Shown here: piece by piece, positions 13,430 to 27,965 of the stretch
How the letters are laid out: every line of letters begins with the position of its first letter
Numbering within the stretch: position 1 is the first letter of the stretch
From: Octopus vulgaris
Taxonomy: Eukaryota
DNA: 64,000 bases
Reading direction: 5' to 3'
Assembly (NCBI GenBank): GCA_951406725.2
Contig: OX597817.1
Location: forward strand, 126,232,001-126,296,000
Notes under the pieces: model-generated
The model's input: only the letters and a program-made list of their open reading frames with translations
Told to the model about the DNA's origin: nothing
Databases searched by the model: none
Position numbers and translations under genes: made by a program

Positions 13430-15096
13430 ATATATATAAGAGGGTCATTCTGTGTGTGTGTGATGGACAATTATTAGCTTGTTCTCACGTAAAATCAACA
13501 TTTGTATCCGATTTTGTTCACATTTGGCAAATACATCACTTATATCCCACGGATGGTTGTGCATGGAGCAATATGGAATTATGGAGCTTCTAGAGTCAGA
13601 AACTCAGAAAATGGTTAGGAGATGAGAATGACCTTCTACAATGGACAAGAGACATAACTCTTTGCTAACGGTCTGAAATTGATAGCCTCCCTTACACCAG
13701 AAGATGTGTGGGTGTGTGTGACCGACCTTAATTCTTTGCAATGCCCATTCCCTGTAGACCAACCATATTTGTCTATTAGCACTTCCTTCACGTAGCCATG
13801 CAATTTAAATTACATTTTAGTTATCTTTTAATGCCTTCAGAAAATAATCCATATTATACATATGCTTTTGCTCATACCAATTTTTGACAGTTATTCAGTT
13901 TTTACAGTGTCCTGCAATTTACAGTGGCCAATATTTGCTCGTTAGTACTTCTTTCACGTAACCATATCAAGTTGTGACAGTTATACAGTTTTGAACGTTG
14001 TTACAGATGAATTGATGCCGATACCGACCTCGATCAGGTTACACAATTTCTATCTGAATTTCTCTCCTCTCAAATCCTCCAGGACTCCCTTCCCATGAAC
14101 TGCACTTGAAAGTCGGTGGCCCTTTCATCCTCCTACGCAATCTAAACGCACCTACACTATGCAATGGAATTCGCATTGTAGTTAAACAAATGATGGACCA
14201 CATTATATAAACCCAAATTATCACGGGACACAGCAAAAATGATACCGTTTTCATTCCGAAAATTCTGCTAACCCCTAACCATCTGCCCCTATCCTATGTA
14301 GAGACTCGATTTCCCTCTGAAACTCAGGTTCGCCATGACAATTAACAAAGTACAAAGTCAGTCGCTGAAAGCTGTTGGATTGGACCTTCGAAAATCGTGA
14401 TCTTCACATGGACAGCTCTGCGTCGGTTGTTTCAGGGCTGGTCATCCAGACAATTTATTCATCTATACACCTGAAGGAAAAAAATGTAGTCTCCAAAGCA
14501 GCCCTACAGTAGTTATTCCTCTACTGCATTGTTTATATCTATGCCAAAATGTAGCCATGATCAATTAGAATTCCTGCAAACATTTAATTTAAATTTTGCT
14601 TCATTTACCTGATTGCTGTTAACAGTACATTACTTTTAATGACCCTTCTTACTTCACGGTGATCGCTCATAAATAAGCCCTGACATGTATTTTTATACAT
14701 GTTATTATTCTATTTGCGTGTTTGCTATAAATGTTTGCTTTTCTTTATCATATATAACTTTTATTGAAAAAAAAATTCAATGCGGTGATGTCACGCATTC
14801 CGAGAAAAATAAGTACATGATACAAAACGCTTCAAGTATGATATAGGATCCCTAATGCCTACTACAATTGCGACCTCATTTCATGGACTTTTATTGATTT
14901 CTAAGTGCCAAATTTGTGTTCAGGCAAAGTATTAAGTTTCTTAATAGCATATCATAAACTGCTAACGAAAATGGTAATTATACATTTTCCGTTACTCAAT
15001 AGAAACCACTTCTAACTGCGGGCGAATTCAACGTAAACCGTCCACAGGAGTGCACCATTATAATAATTTACACCGTCCAACGGACGGGTGCATTTC

Positions 15097-15100
<4 letters not shown>
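13430..15100 (+). mobile_element. Internally deleted Helitron with a remnant of the PIF1-like helicase C-terminus
   Basis: About 14050-14510 translates, with stops and shifts, to NPPGLPSHELHLKVGGPFILLRNLNAPTLCNGIR...DTVFIP...FAMTINKVQSQSLKAVGLDL...SHGQLCVG, the Helitron helicase motifs. The 3' end has a hairpin CCGTCC-AAC-GGACGG (15073-15087) followed by CTAA (CTRR) at 15097-15100. The 5' boundary is approximate. Confidence 0.85.
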
Positions 15101-15173
<73 letters not shown>

Positions 15174-17599
15174 TATTAAATATTATATTGTTGCAACAAT
15201 TATGATATTGTGCGTTATTACAATCCGTTTCTATCGCGTAATGTCAAAGGGTAATTTCACTGTGATGTAATATGCAAACGTATGAATAAATCATCGTATA
15301 TATCACCTCATGTTGTTACTGTTTTCATATCATTTCAGTTCTGAAATATATATAAGTTTATTGTTAAGGTAAGTTTACAAATAAATAGAACTGACCACTG
15401 CATTAAAAAGTTAGAATAGTTTGATATTCTTCGCGGCAATATCTATTGAAGTTCCTGATTCACTGTAGCGATGTAAATCCATTGGTAATGAAACACAACA
15501 AGAATGTTTACCATTTTGGTGATAGACTCTCTGCCAGTGAAAAATCTTCCAGTTTTTTGTTGTCTGCTACTCTATGAATTCAGTGACGACACATCAAGTA
15601 ATTATACATAAGTGTATAGTAAATAGATATAAAATTTGAACGCAGATCATTGAGCAGAATATTTAACCAGCCTACATTGTCTTTGTACATGATACGATGA
15701 GCTATCACGTGATCATCATCAATGAAATTATTACATTCCAAAATAGAAGTACAACTGTCAAATTCGTATGATGACTGCAGAAATTATTATCAGGAGTATG
15801 TATAATAAAATAGAGCAATCCATAAAATGCAATTATGAAAGACAAATAATTACTTATACGGCAACAGTCACTTATTAATTTATGCTCTGGAATATGTCGT
15901 CACAAGAGAATGCTAACATATTCGTTTTCTGTGAATACTACAAAAGAACGCAACTGCACAGAGGAAAGAGATATAAGGAAGTGCTAAGTATATATTTCAA
16001 CAACAAATTCTGATTGTATTCAAGTCTCCTGATATTGCCAATTAGAATATGCTTTCTTTAAATGCTGCTATATATTCCCAAAAGTTCATCTGAAATATGG
16101 AATTGTGAAATTAATTTTCTTCGCAACTCCCAAGTAAGTTTCAATTTTCTGCCTGATATATACATGAGTATTTTAGAGAATGCAATTGCCTGCGTCTATA
16201 CTTTTGTCTAAAATTTCCTTACTTTTTTCTATATTTTTGTCTAAATTTTCCTTATAGCAATATTGTTGCCGATGAACATCACAAAATATATTATTCTTTT
16301 TCCTGTTTATAACTTTAAAGTTATCAATTTGCCTACAGTCACTTTCCTTATCTGGAAAATAATGTTAAATAAGGACTAAATTGTAATAATTTGAATATAA
16401 AATGAGACATTCATAAATATAAAAAATCCCTAGTAAAGAAAGATCAAATAATGTATGGGGAATTATTCTTCTATCCTGTTAAAGATCCGAGACATGCATT
16501 CCATACAATGATTTAAACGACATTAATGATTAATTGATGCGTGCTAAATTTGTAATTCATCTTCATTACAAGTTAGAATGCTGGTATACATTAATCTTAA
16601 TACCACCACATCTATATTAAAATTTATTACTAACTGTGCTTATAATAGCGTTAATTTCAAACTATATCTTGTACAATACGAAATGCACCACATTTTAAGC
16701 AATACATTTTATAAAATAGGGATTATCCGCTGCAGCTATATGTTATACATTTAAAAATATCTCTTGTTCTACAACATATAATATCAGTTTTTTTTTTCTT
16801 AAATTGTAGACCACACTGGTAGGTATGATGCAAACTTAAGGTTCTACCGACCGTGACGTCGATTCGGGACTAGGCTTGATCAACTTACCTCATTTCACTT
16901 GGTTGAAGGAGCATGATCTAAAACCAGAAAGCACGAATGAACATGAGCCAAATTTAAGTTACAACCAAATATTCCTACTTTTGATATATATGGAAACAAT
17001 GTATAGAATCTGTTTTATTTCAATGTATCATTATATACTTTTAAAAAAGGTTGCAGGTAATACATTTTAACTGTCCAGTCATTTACCTTATCTATTATTG
17101 GTCAAGGGAGGGTGGATGATGCCGCCCTCCATGGGTTTTAAGTGCAGAATGTTAAGAACTGGAAGAAATATAACGGAATATTCTGCCTCTTGATATACTT
17201 TCGGTCCTACCGATATCTCATTCCAAATATTCACGATAATAAATACAGAAAACAAAGAAACAAATCTCTTGTCGTTAACATGTCTTGACATATATGTGTG
17301 TATGCATATACATTTGAAGAGACACACACAGACGAATGCACGTTTGTATATATACACATACAGACACACGCACAACAAGTGAAAGCGGAAGGAGTGTGTG
17401 AATTTTAAGGCAAAAACGCGTAAAACTCTATTTAAATCTCATAAGACGTATGTCACCCACAACAAACAAATGTAATACTAGTCATAGTCTCCGTCGTAAC
17501 CGATGCAAGTATATTATCGTTGAATAGAACTCACAATATCTGTGCGAAAACATTCAAAATGTGCTCTTTAACTCCTTCTTTAATTCATTTTAACCTTCC

Positions 17600-20500
17600 C
17601 TATGTTCTCAAATAGTTGCTCTTGATTTCTGTCCTTCATTTGACCAGCGTCAGTTCCGGAACGTAAGGGTGTTCGGAAACCACTCAGTAGCCCAGTTTGG
17701 AGACAGCTTCGTTTGTTACCAGTGATATGTGTCATCATGCATTGGCATGGTGAGTGTAAATTACCTTCTGAATCATATTCGTTTCTTTCTCTTGAAGTTT
17801 CCTTTAAGATTTATAGTTGTCACTATATATCAACCCTTGTGGGTGGTAAAACCAGATAATAGAAAATTAAGGAGATTGACTTCATTGTTACTATCAAAGC
17901 AGTTATTCACCATTACGTTCTCTGCCGATCACTGCCTCTTGAACATCTTATGCCTTGCAGAAGATGTGATACAATTACGAGGATTGAGTCTTTGTAAATC
18001 ATAAAGACACACCCACATTTTAACTCCGAAATCCGGTCTAGGCAAGTTCATCTGAAACAATGCTTCTAAAATACAATTGATCTAAATGAAAATTTTCTAA
18101 AACACTATGTCTGAAACACAATCTGACTAAAAATAAAAATTGTTTCTTTTTGATGAATTCGTATCTTTTATTCATAATTTATAATTATTTGGGCTTTTAA
18201 CTAGCTGTTAACTATTTATAAAAACATTAAGATTATTTTAATTCAAACTGCATAAAAACAAATGATAGTATTTACTGAAAGGACTTATTAAAGCTTAAAA
18301 GGAAATGTATGCTATTCCACGAACGTAATATATAATATTTTGTGGATCAAGATTCTTAGCAAGATTTTTTATTCGTTTTGCATTATCTCAATAGCGCTTC
18401 TTTAGAGGTTCTTGTTCCATTTCAGCAATATCCAGTACAATACAAATCTTGTTTAGACTTTGTTCTTTTTGTAAACTGTTGGTAACTTTTCAGATGATGG
18501 GTTGATGAGACCCAACTTGGGTTTCGAATGCTTGATGCCATCCTTCGACAGATTTTTTTTTTTGGCGGGGGAGGTAAATCATCAAGGACTTTTAAGTGCC
18601 TATTCCACATATTTAGTGGGAAGAGAGGTGGGCGTCGCGCATTCCTACTGTTAGGCCTTCCACTTCACGTATTCTCGAAATAATCAATGATTTCTTGTGC
18701 CTCATTAGAAAAGGTGTTGTTATCACACAACACATGCTCTGGTTACTGTGCCTACTGGGACAAATGCTAATGCTGGTAGCATCCTCATCAATAAAGCAAC
18801 ATTAGGGTCTGTTTCATAGTTTCGTTTTAAACCATTACTTTGAATTACACGAAAGATACAATGACTGAAGTGGAAAAAGCAACCTTTCTGTTATGCACTA
18901 GGAAATTCTTATGAAAATGCTTTCATCATCGCTTTCTCAAAATCAATCGTTACTGACAAAGGCGCACATGATGGGTCAATTTTCTTTATCTCATGCAAAA
19001 ACGTTATATATGTTTCTTCTCTTTTGTCCGGCAATAAGGCAAACATGAGCGGCAGCGAAGCATTCTCTTTTAATCCATGTAGGGTATATAACTGGTCAAG
19101 TAACAAAAGAACTGTTTTAAATGTGCCGTCTGCATACTAGTGTCTGCTTCGGGATAAACACTGTCAATTACGTCTTGTCGCAAATATCACGATACGCTTT
19201 TCAACTGGTTAGAGTCATTAAGCAGAATTTTGTAAGTTCGATTGCGATAACTATTTCACTGCAAGTTGTTGGTAGGTCCAGTGGAAGTTTGTTACCTTAT
19301 AGATTTTATTGTTCTCTTAATACTTTGCATTTTTGTTAGTTTGGTGGCAACAGCTTGACCGCAATCATCGAGAACATTAGATACAACTGAATTTGGTGAA
19401 TCTTATGTTGACTTAGTCAGTTGACGTATTTTTGAAATGACTTCTTACGTTGCAATTTCAGCGGCATCCAATATATGATTATGGTCGTTGGAAAATTTCA
19501 CAATGTCATCCTTTACATTAATTATGCGAGCACGGCATTTTATTTTGGATATTTTTCGCAATTTCAGTAACCACGTTCACCGTTTTCATGATTCTTATAG
19601 CTTGTGTGTCCATTATCCACCAACTTCGTACGACCTTCTGATTAAGAAAATTCAGCAGATATCATTGGCCTTGGTTCTTTTCACTGAATAATTCCAAATA
19701 AGATTTTTTGTATAAAACAATTTTCTGAGTAAGCTACTAGTTTAACTCCATACAATAGTAAACAACTAGTTTTTTGTTTTATTCCATATTATCGTAAACA
19801 ACTACTTATTCTAAATAGCATGAGCAAACAACTATTCCTTTCCACTTCCTACGAATTCATCAAAAAAGAAACAATTTTTATTTTTTTAGTCAAATTGTAT
19901 TTTACATAAATTGTTTCAGGGTTAATACTGTTTTGCACAAACTGTTTTAGATAAATTGTCTTAGGCAAATTGCATTTAGATCAATTGTATTTTAGACGGA
20001 TTGTTTTAGACAAACTCGCTGGATACCCCGAAATCTAGATCGAAACGTTTCTAGCAATTTAGAATTTACTTCAGTCATTCCCTACTTCCATCTAGTTTTC
20101 AAATCCTGTGGTACTGCATAACAGAGTCTTCTATATCTAAAGTCACTGACGTCTTCTAGAATGCATTGCGACTACAGCTTAGTGAACTCTGATTTTATTC
20201 GCACGAATCAGTTATTCCAGTCGTTTGTAATTCATATCAGTATTTGTAATTTATGGCTTCTACACTACATTCGAAGTCTCCAATGTTGTTGTCTTTTCTT
20301 CTGTTAATCATCAGTGTTTATTAGAATTCTCAACACCCTTGTAAAGAAAACAGTGCGTAGCCTTCTGTCGACACTAGTGAGCCTTCATTCATTTGAACCA
20401 TTTCATAGATTTGAGGGTAAATTTTCTCCTTTTCCTCATTTCTCAGACGCGCGTAAAAGTGTTTGAGCGTTTCACCCCTTTTCCCTTTAAATCCCTAATG

Positions 20501-21100
20501 AATAAGAAAACAAATTCAGTAAAGTTATATGAAAGCTACAGTGTCATATTTCTCGGTTTGACGTTGACCTAGTAGCTCTCTTTTTGAAGAAATATACTCA
20601 GTCCGTTAAAATCTCAGCTACTAAGATGTTTCTGTCTCTCTTTCGTACTTGCAACATTCTTATGACTGAGAATATCTTACGTCATTATAAAGTCACAGTT
20701 CGACTTTGCATTGTATATTGCTGTGATATTTATGGGGTGTTTCTTCTGAGCATCTAATTAATAATCAAGTTCTTAGCATATAAGGTCCTTTTTTTCTCTA
20801 CTGGACAGGAATCTTTGGCTCACCGTGAAAATGCATCTCCGTTGTAGCTTTTCTATAATTACTTCCAGGGCCGTTAACTTAATCTTTCTGGTCTAGGCCA
20901 AACACACCATAGGTTTAAACATGTCACTGCTTCTCTTCCTAGGATCAACACATTTTACACGTTCCTCTTAGCCATCAGTATTTTTATCTAAGTACCTTCT
21001 TGACTCAATCCACTCAGAAACACACTACCCTCGTCGTATTCTTTTTCTCTGATCTGTGACGTTTGGAACTTGTAGGCCTCTTTGCTTTTCTTCTTTGCAA
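17600..21100 (-). mobile_element. Possible ancient retroelement remnant (Penelope-like?) interrupted by the MULE
   Basis: Weak motifs only: VTLDIED near 20130-20150 (RT motif A-like) and AGQMKDR..LFE near 17610-17655 (YxGQT-like). It is highly decayed. Confidence 0.3.
18035..20027 (-). mobile_element. Mutator-like (MULE) DNA transposon with long TIRs, 9-bp TSD and a broken transposase
   Basis: Transposase fragments include DGTFKT, QLYTLHG...LPLMFALLPDKREETY...SVTIDFEKAMMKAF and GCFFHFSHCIFR. The imperfect TIRs are ~18035-18163 and ~19850-20027 and share TCTAAAATACAATTGATCTAAATG and GATGAATTCGTA. The flanking TSD is CCGAAATCC (18026-18034) / CCGAAATCT (20028-20036). Confidence 0.9.
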
Positions 21101-21804
21101 CCCATATACCACAGTAGCCTTAGGCCTTGTTTGTATGACATAATATAAAAGAGAATATCATATAAGAAATGACAAAATTTATTCATTTCTATTTCTCAGA
21201 TATTTGATATTGTTATTTTGGAACTATGCTAATGTTAGAAATCTTGATATTCCGTTGGGATTTATAATAATTGTAATATGAAATACGACAAGTAGTTAGT
21301 AACTAAAGTTGTGCTTGACATATCAGACGAGAAATTCCAAATACATAAGTACACATCACCTGTCGGACTAACAGTTGAGTAGCAACAGCTTTTAAGGTGT
21401 GGTGGGATGAATTAATTAGGAACAATGCCTTTAGCATATGTCAACTATGTCTAAGCCAACTAATTATATTACTATTTAGTGATCAATCAAAAAGAGGGAT
21501 ATTTTCACATCACAATTTATGCCAGCCTTTCATACAATAATGTGTTGTATATAATAATTTCTAGTTTTAGAATTGCCTCAGCACCTTCAGATATATTGGC
21601 GAACATATTAACTATTATTTCGATAAATACACGTACATAGGTTTTGAAAGAAAAACGTATTAACACTTTTAAACTTTAGTAATAAATGTATAAGCGGAAG
21701 GTGCTCATAAGTTTTTAAAGTGCTCACAGCTTTAATTAATAACCATGACTTCCAAATCTAGCCAAATATATGTGTGTGTATGCATGTACTCACAAACACA
21801 TTCA

Positions 21805-21861
<57 letters not shown>

Positions 21862-21881
21862 GAAATGGCAAAAATACGTCA

Positions 21882-21946
<65 letters not shown>

Positions 21947-23166
21947 CATGCATACACACACATAACCAATCCCAACAATCAAAGTTAAAATTTGTTTTCA
22001 TGATTACTTTCACTCACTGTAAAAACAAGTGACATTTTCCCATTTGCTATGAAATTGCTAGAGTGGTCGAGTCATGATTGTATTGTATTCTGTTTAGTAC
22101 TTTGTGCTTTCATTTCAATTTCCCTTAATATACTGAACATGACATGCAAGTTGATGGTTGTAAAATTCTATTTTTGTCATCAAATAATGTCAGGAAAGAA
22201 GAAATCTGGAATTCTATGTGAGTCTCTAATATTTTAGAATGTAGTAATTTTCAATGCAACAACGTATTATTTGAAGATACACCGTACATCCACAAAAGAA
22301 AAATGCTAAAGAAAGAAAATGCTATTGACACATGCCCCTTATAATTTTGATTTGATTTAATTTAATTATTCATTAGTAAAATACCGCTGCAATCCTAGTT
22401 TGCACAGGTGTTGCCAACAGGGATTGTCGTTAGTTCACAGGATCTTTCCTGATTTGTTTGTCAACCTTGGTGGAGTATTATCTTTCGCTACTGAATTGCT
22501 GCTGTTGTATTCTCACTCACTGACACGTCAATCCAGTATACTTCTGAACATTCGGACTCATTTCTGCAATATCAGATCCAGAAGTGTTATGATTTGAACA
22601 AGTGTGTAACAGAACATCCACTGGGAAATTAGATTCGCAAATGCCTAATTACCTAAATGATATTGGATCCCTTATCTGAAACATATTGTTTCCTTCAACT
22701 TTGCAAACCTTACTCTGATTTCAGCTATTTAATATATAGCGGAATACATTTTGAGAAACACAAAGTTTTTCCATAGATTAGATGGTAATATATCAGCAAC
22801 CGACATTCTGCAATGATTATCACTGAATGCAAGTAAATCCATATCAGATAAGTATATTTAAATAACAGTATATATCCTGAAGGATTATCTATGCTATTTG
22901 AGTAAATCAGGGCCATAAGTCCGTAGATGTTATTTGCTGTTTAAGTCAATTCACTTTCTTTCTTCTTTCAGACTGTGTAAATTATGCATGTAACACTTTT
23001 TTCTATGTAAAAATAGCTGGTTATTTTGGCAATCCATATTCTGGAAACCATGCATGTCAACTCTTATGGTGTAAACAATTTTGTATTCTACATTTTTATC
23101 GTTCTTTGTATAAATATAGTAGTTTACAAGTAACAATAATCTGCTAACATTATTAAAAGTAAATGT

Positions 23167-23290
23167 AGGGTGTCGAGATGGCAGAATAGTTACCGCCTAG
23201 GACAAAATGCTTAGCAACGTTTCGTTCCACTTTACATTCTGAGTTCATATGCTATCGGGGTCGACGTTGCCTTACATCATTTCGGGTTTG
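23167..23290 (+). mobile_element. Partial SINE family A copy (5' half)
   Basis: GAGATGGCAGAATAGTTA...AAAATGCTTAGC...TTCTGAGTTCATAT...GGGGTCGACGTTGCCTT matches the head of the 33664 copy. Confidence 0.7.
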
Positions 23291-23466
23291 ATGTCCGGTA
23301 ATTGCTGCCAAAATATAATAGCGCTAATATTTTATTGAATCCTTACTGGGCCAGAAAAAAGAGTTAGAAACATTTGCTCCAAATTTACATTGTCAATATG
23401 TATTCGGTAACTAATAACTATTCGTTAAAATATTTTGCAATGCAAACTCTCAGTGCCATTGTTATA

Positions 23467-23643
23467 GGCGTAAGCAAGCGTGGCTCTGTGGTAAGACATT
23501 TTTCACCCCAACCACATGGTTCCGAGTTCAGAACACTGTATTTCATCTTGGGTGTTTTCGTTAACTATATCACTAGACCGACCAAATCATTGTAGATCGA
23601 TTTGGTTGACGGAAACGGAAAGAAACCCGTCGTATGCATGTGC

Positions 23644-23729
<86 letters not shown>

Positions 23730-23770
23730 ATGTGTGTGTGTATGTGTGTGTCTGTACGTGTGTGTCTTCT
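23467..23770 (+). mobile_element. Degenerate tRNA-derived SINE family B copy with internal (TA)n(TG)n tract
   Basis: GTGGCTCTGTGGTAAG...CCAACCACATGGTTCCGAGTTCA...GACGGAAACGGAAAGAAACCCGTCGTAT matches the reverse complement of the head of the 45688-46108 copy. Confidence 0.75.
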
Positions 23771-24173
23771 AGGATCTCGGGCATCCTCGATCCGATTGCG
23801 CTCAAATTTGATATGTAGATACCGACGGTAGCAGGGCGTGTATAAGTTTTGAATAAATACCAAAAAGTACACTCTTTCCCTTCTTCAAAATTTACTTTTT
23901 CCAACTCATCAGTAAACTTAACCTAGGGACATAACTGACTCTCCCGGAACATTTTTCATCCTACCACCTTTACACAGCAGACACCGACCGGTCGAGCTTA
24001 TTTCCACCACCAATAGCGGAGAGCGGGCACCATTTCCCTTTCCATGTTGGCTATCTCTGACGAGCATATATTATATAAATTGCTTTATTGCCTAACACTC
24101 CATTATATAATTTCCCACGAAACTGATTGGTAAGACCACCCGTGATGGATAATTAACGCTATAACGTTCAGAC

Positions 24174-24208
<35 letters not shown>

Positions 24209-26781
24209 CACTAGAATGGACGAAAGCGCTAATATATGATATATGATATATGATATATGATATATAAAAACATGTAATATACAAATAAATATCTGTAAAT
24301 ATAAAACCATCCGAATTTATGAGTACCTCATTTCTTCTAATATAAAATACCTGTACATCATCTCCAAACACTCTAATAAATAAATAAATAACTATATATA
24401 TATATATATATATAAAAGCACGCAGGCACACACACACACACACACACATCATTTTTCGAACGAAATGTAATGGTCTAATCTACTTTATGCTTCCCAACAT
24501 ACATATGTATTCAATGAAATTTTGTGTATCAATTTAATATCATCTGAAGCATTTATCAGCATGTTGCTGTAAGGAGTTTGCAATAAATGTCGTAGAATTT
24601 GAATTATAAAGTCGAAACGTAAGTCAGGTCTACAACCAAGATAGAAATGAAAATGTTCGTGGACCAAAAAATAATTGATCATCTACTAAAATTCTGTCCG
24701 AGCATACAAATCTGTTTTCGTCTTTTTTTTTTTTATTGGATATACGCTTTTGGGCCTTTATCAAAGAAAAGAGATGAACTAGCTTTGAAAAATCGCATGC
24801 ACCTTTATGCAAATAAATTTCCTATCAAATAAATTTGATAACATTCTTATGTTTTCAGTCTTCATGAATTATAGAGCAGTTGGTATGCATTACTAATAAT
24901 CTAAAACTGCAAGTGTTGACTTTTTGGTATGTCTGTGAATCACACTGTTGTTGATGAATTCGACGGTTAGGTTACATTTATCTCGAGATGAGCATGTTGT
25001 CATTTATAACTTACACAAAGATGTACATACATACATACAGACACATACACAGAGACTGACTGAATTTCTGATAGATAGACAGACAGACAAGCAAATAGAT
25101 GCATATGTGTGGGTGTGTATGTGTATGTTTTCTGGAATTTTATGATTAAGGTTGTCATTAGCAAAATAGCATTTGCAAATATATAGATTAATGTTCCCAA
25201 ATTCACCTTGCATTTGAAATCAGAATAAGGAAACAAATGTTTGCTTCAGCCTACACATACCTACAGTGTTCAACTGATATCAAACAGGCCGATAGCATCA
25301 TAAAAACTGATGAGGTTCATATAATCGATTTATTTTAAATCTTATTGTGTTCTGCTATGAAGAAAACATCAGTGCTGAATGCGCTGGTTATTTTGAGAAA
25401 TATTTAGTTTATTTCTGAGGAGCTGATAAAACAATGGTAGTCCCAAGAGAAATACATTTCACTGATTTCCGTGGCAAGTTATTTGTTGCTATTGGTTCAG
25501 GGTTGACAGTCGAATATTATTGGTGTGAAATATCGGTATTAACCCTAGAGAAATCAATATTATTCTTTATCATTACCGATTTGGTAAAACTAATTTGTTG
25601 GTTCCATTTAACGACGCAAAGTTGATTGTCATCTGATTTAAAATCTATCAAAATATTCAAAACCATTGACATTCAATAACTACTTTTGAAAATTCAGAAC
25701 AGAATATATTATCTCTACAGCCTAAAGCACTAACAAAGTATGAACACCTATATGAACCAACAAATTACAAGCTGCTACTCTAATATCCACTTGACTGTTT
25801 TTGTTCTTGCTGGTTAGTTAACGCAATAAAACCTACACTGAAAAGCACTAGAGTATCATTTAATTTAAAATAAGCGAATAAAATTTGGCCATATGTATCT
25901 AGGTGTGGCATTCATGCCACGTAGATTCAAAAGTATATATGTATAGTTATATATACATACAAACACTACACACACGCACACACATACAGATACATATATT
26001 TATATGTGTGTGTGTTTGGAGAGAGAGAGACAGAGAGACAGAGGCAGACAGACAGACAGACAGACAAAGAGAGAAAGACAAACAGACAAAGAGAGAAAGA
26101 GAGTGCATCAACATAATGTATCTAGACTTAACAAATATTAAGTTTTTTTATTGCGAAATGGTTTTTGAAGGTGTTCTAACAAATAACTAGATATATTTAT
26201 GTTAGTTCCTGCTTAAATTTGACAAATGCAAGTACGTGATACCAATTTGGTTGCTGGGGTCACTGAGAGGTTCATAGGTAACAAATGAAATATAAATCAG
26301 CTAATTTATGTTCAAGGAGGGGACGTGAGATATTCTCAATCAGTGTACCCAGTGTAAATGTAAACGCTTTTATTACAAATAGACCGGACGTACATCTATA
26401 GATGTGAGCGATGCATTACTGATTTATTATGCCACAGAATAGTAGCGAAATTATATTACTATATGTGATTACTGTTCAATTCTAAGGGAGCTGAACAACT
26501 ATCTAATTGAGAAAGGTGTTGATAAATTACGGGCGGAGGACATATGATACTTATTGGCTTGGAAAAATGTAAACTTTGAAGCTTTCTTTGTCAAAAGACG
26601 CTTAAGATAAACTTCCGCTCAGGTACGCCAACCGTAAATTTCCCAAAGCTGAATCTCGACAATTAACTACTATCAAACACTTGATTGGGCATGGAATGTA
26701 CATTATTCTATAGTCAGGTACATCGGTCCACTACTCGACTTAAATTAATTTGAACGACACTCATTACTGAAATGTAGGATT

Positions 26782-27965
26782 TACGAGGCTGGGCTGAATT
26801 TTAGGAAATAATGCTAGAGCTGTGAAATCTTGTATGCATTAATTCCACCTACTCTATGTAAGAATTACATTGTTTCCGATCAGGTAAAGTGACATCTGAC
26901 TATTTGAAAAGGACTTCAGAAGAGTCTGCTAAAGGTGTCTCTTCAAAATAGACACAATTTGGTATCGTGGTGTTATCAAGCATCCGCAGAAAGGGGATGT
27001 TCGTTCAGACTTGTTAACTGTGAATAAGTGGGCAGCTTAATTTAGTGGGGGTAGATGACTTAAGTTCTGCACGTGCTGCTACTACCAACAACGAAAAGAT
27101 ACACGATCATGTTCACAACATGTTGATCACTGACAGGCGATTCACTTCAAATGAAACAGCCAATGCCGCTAGTATATCACGTGAGAGAGGTGAGAATATT
27201 TTGAACAGTGAACTCGGTATGACAAAGGTTTCTTCTTGCAGGTTGCTACGTTCTCTGACACCTGATCAAAAGGACACCTAGTTGATTATATCACGTGAAA
27301 ATATGACATACTTTGAGGCAGTTCCAGCTGGATACTTTGATCGTTTCCTAACTCAAAATGAGTGTTGGATTCATCACTTTGAGCCAGAGACAAAAAGACA
27401 ATACATGCAGTGAAAACATTTCTCTGCAGCAGCTCAGATGAAGGCCAAGTTATTTTCACCAACAGGGAAGATGGTGGCCTTAGATTATGGGATGCAAAAG
27501 GCATTGTTCATTGACTATATTCAAAGCGGTCAGGCTATCAATGGAGAGCACTTTGCCAATATGCTGAGGAAATTACGAAAGGCAATCAATGCCAAATGCA
27601 CAGAATAACTTTTTTCATCAGGACAATAGTCAAGCACAGAAGTGCTAGTTTTCAATGACTATTGTGCGTGGCTGTATCTTTGAACTGATTGCTCAGCCAC
27701 CGTATTCTCTAACTTAGACCCCCACCAGACCATCAATTATTACGCAACATGAAAATCAAGACCTGGCTGAGAATCATATGGCAGTGATGATCACGCCATA
27801 TCAGCTGCTGATGAAGTCTTTGATAAACGGGATGAAAGCTTCTTCAGTAATGGATTCCATGAACTTCAATATCAGTCGAAGAAGTGTGTAGTCCACAAAG
27901 GGGACTCTGTTGAAAAATAAACCCTATTTGGTTACATTCTTTGAGAGCATTTTCTTAGTCTACGA
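26782..27965 (+). mobile_element. Decayed mariner transposon
   Basis: Fragments read DRRFTSNETANAASISRERGENILNSELGMTKVS..LTPDQK, FLTQNECWIHHFEPETKRQ, FHQDN and QPPYS (cf. HPPYSPDLAP), the mariner DD34D pattern. Ends are approximate. Confidence 0.85.

Noticed and set aside
22380-23150. Coding-like unique sequence with a pyrimidine-rich acceptor-like site near 22970
   Set aside because: Stops occur in the frames examined and there is no recognisable domain. A small host exon cannot be excluded without RNA-seq.
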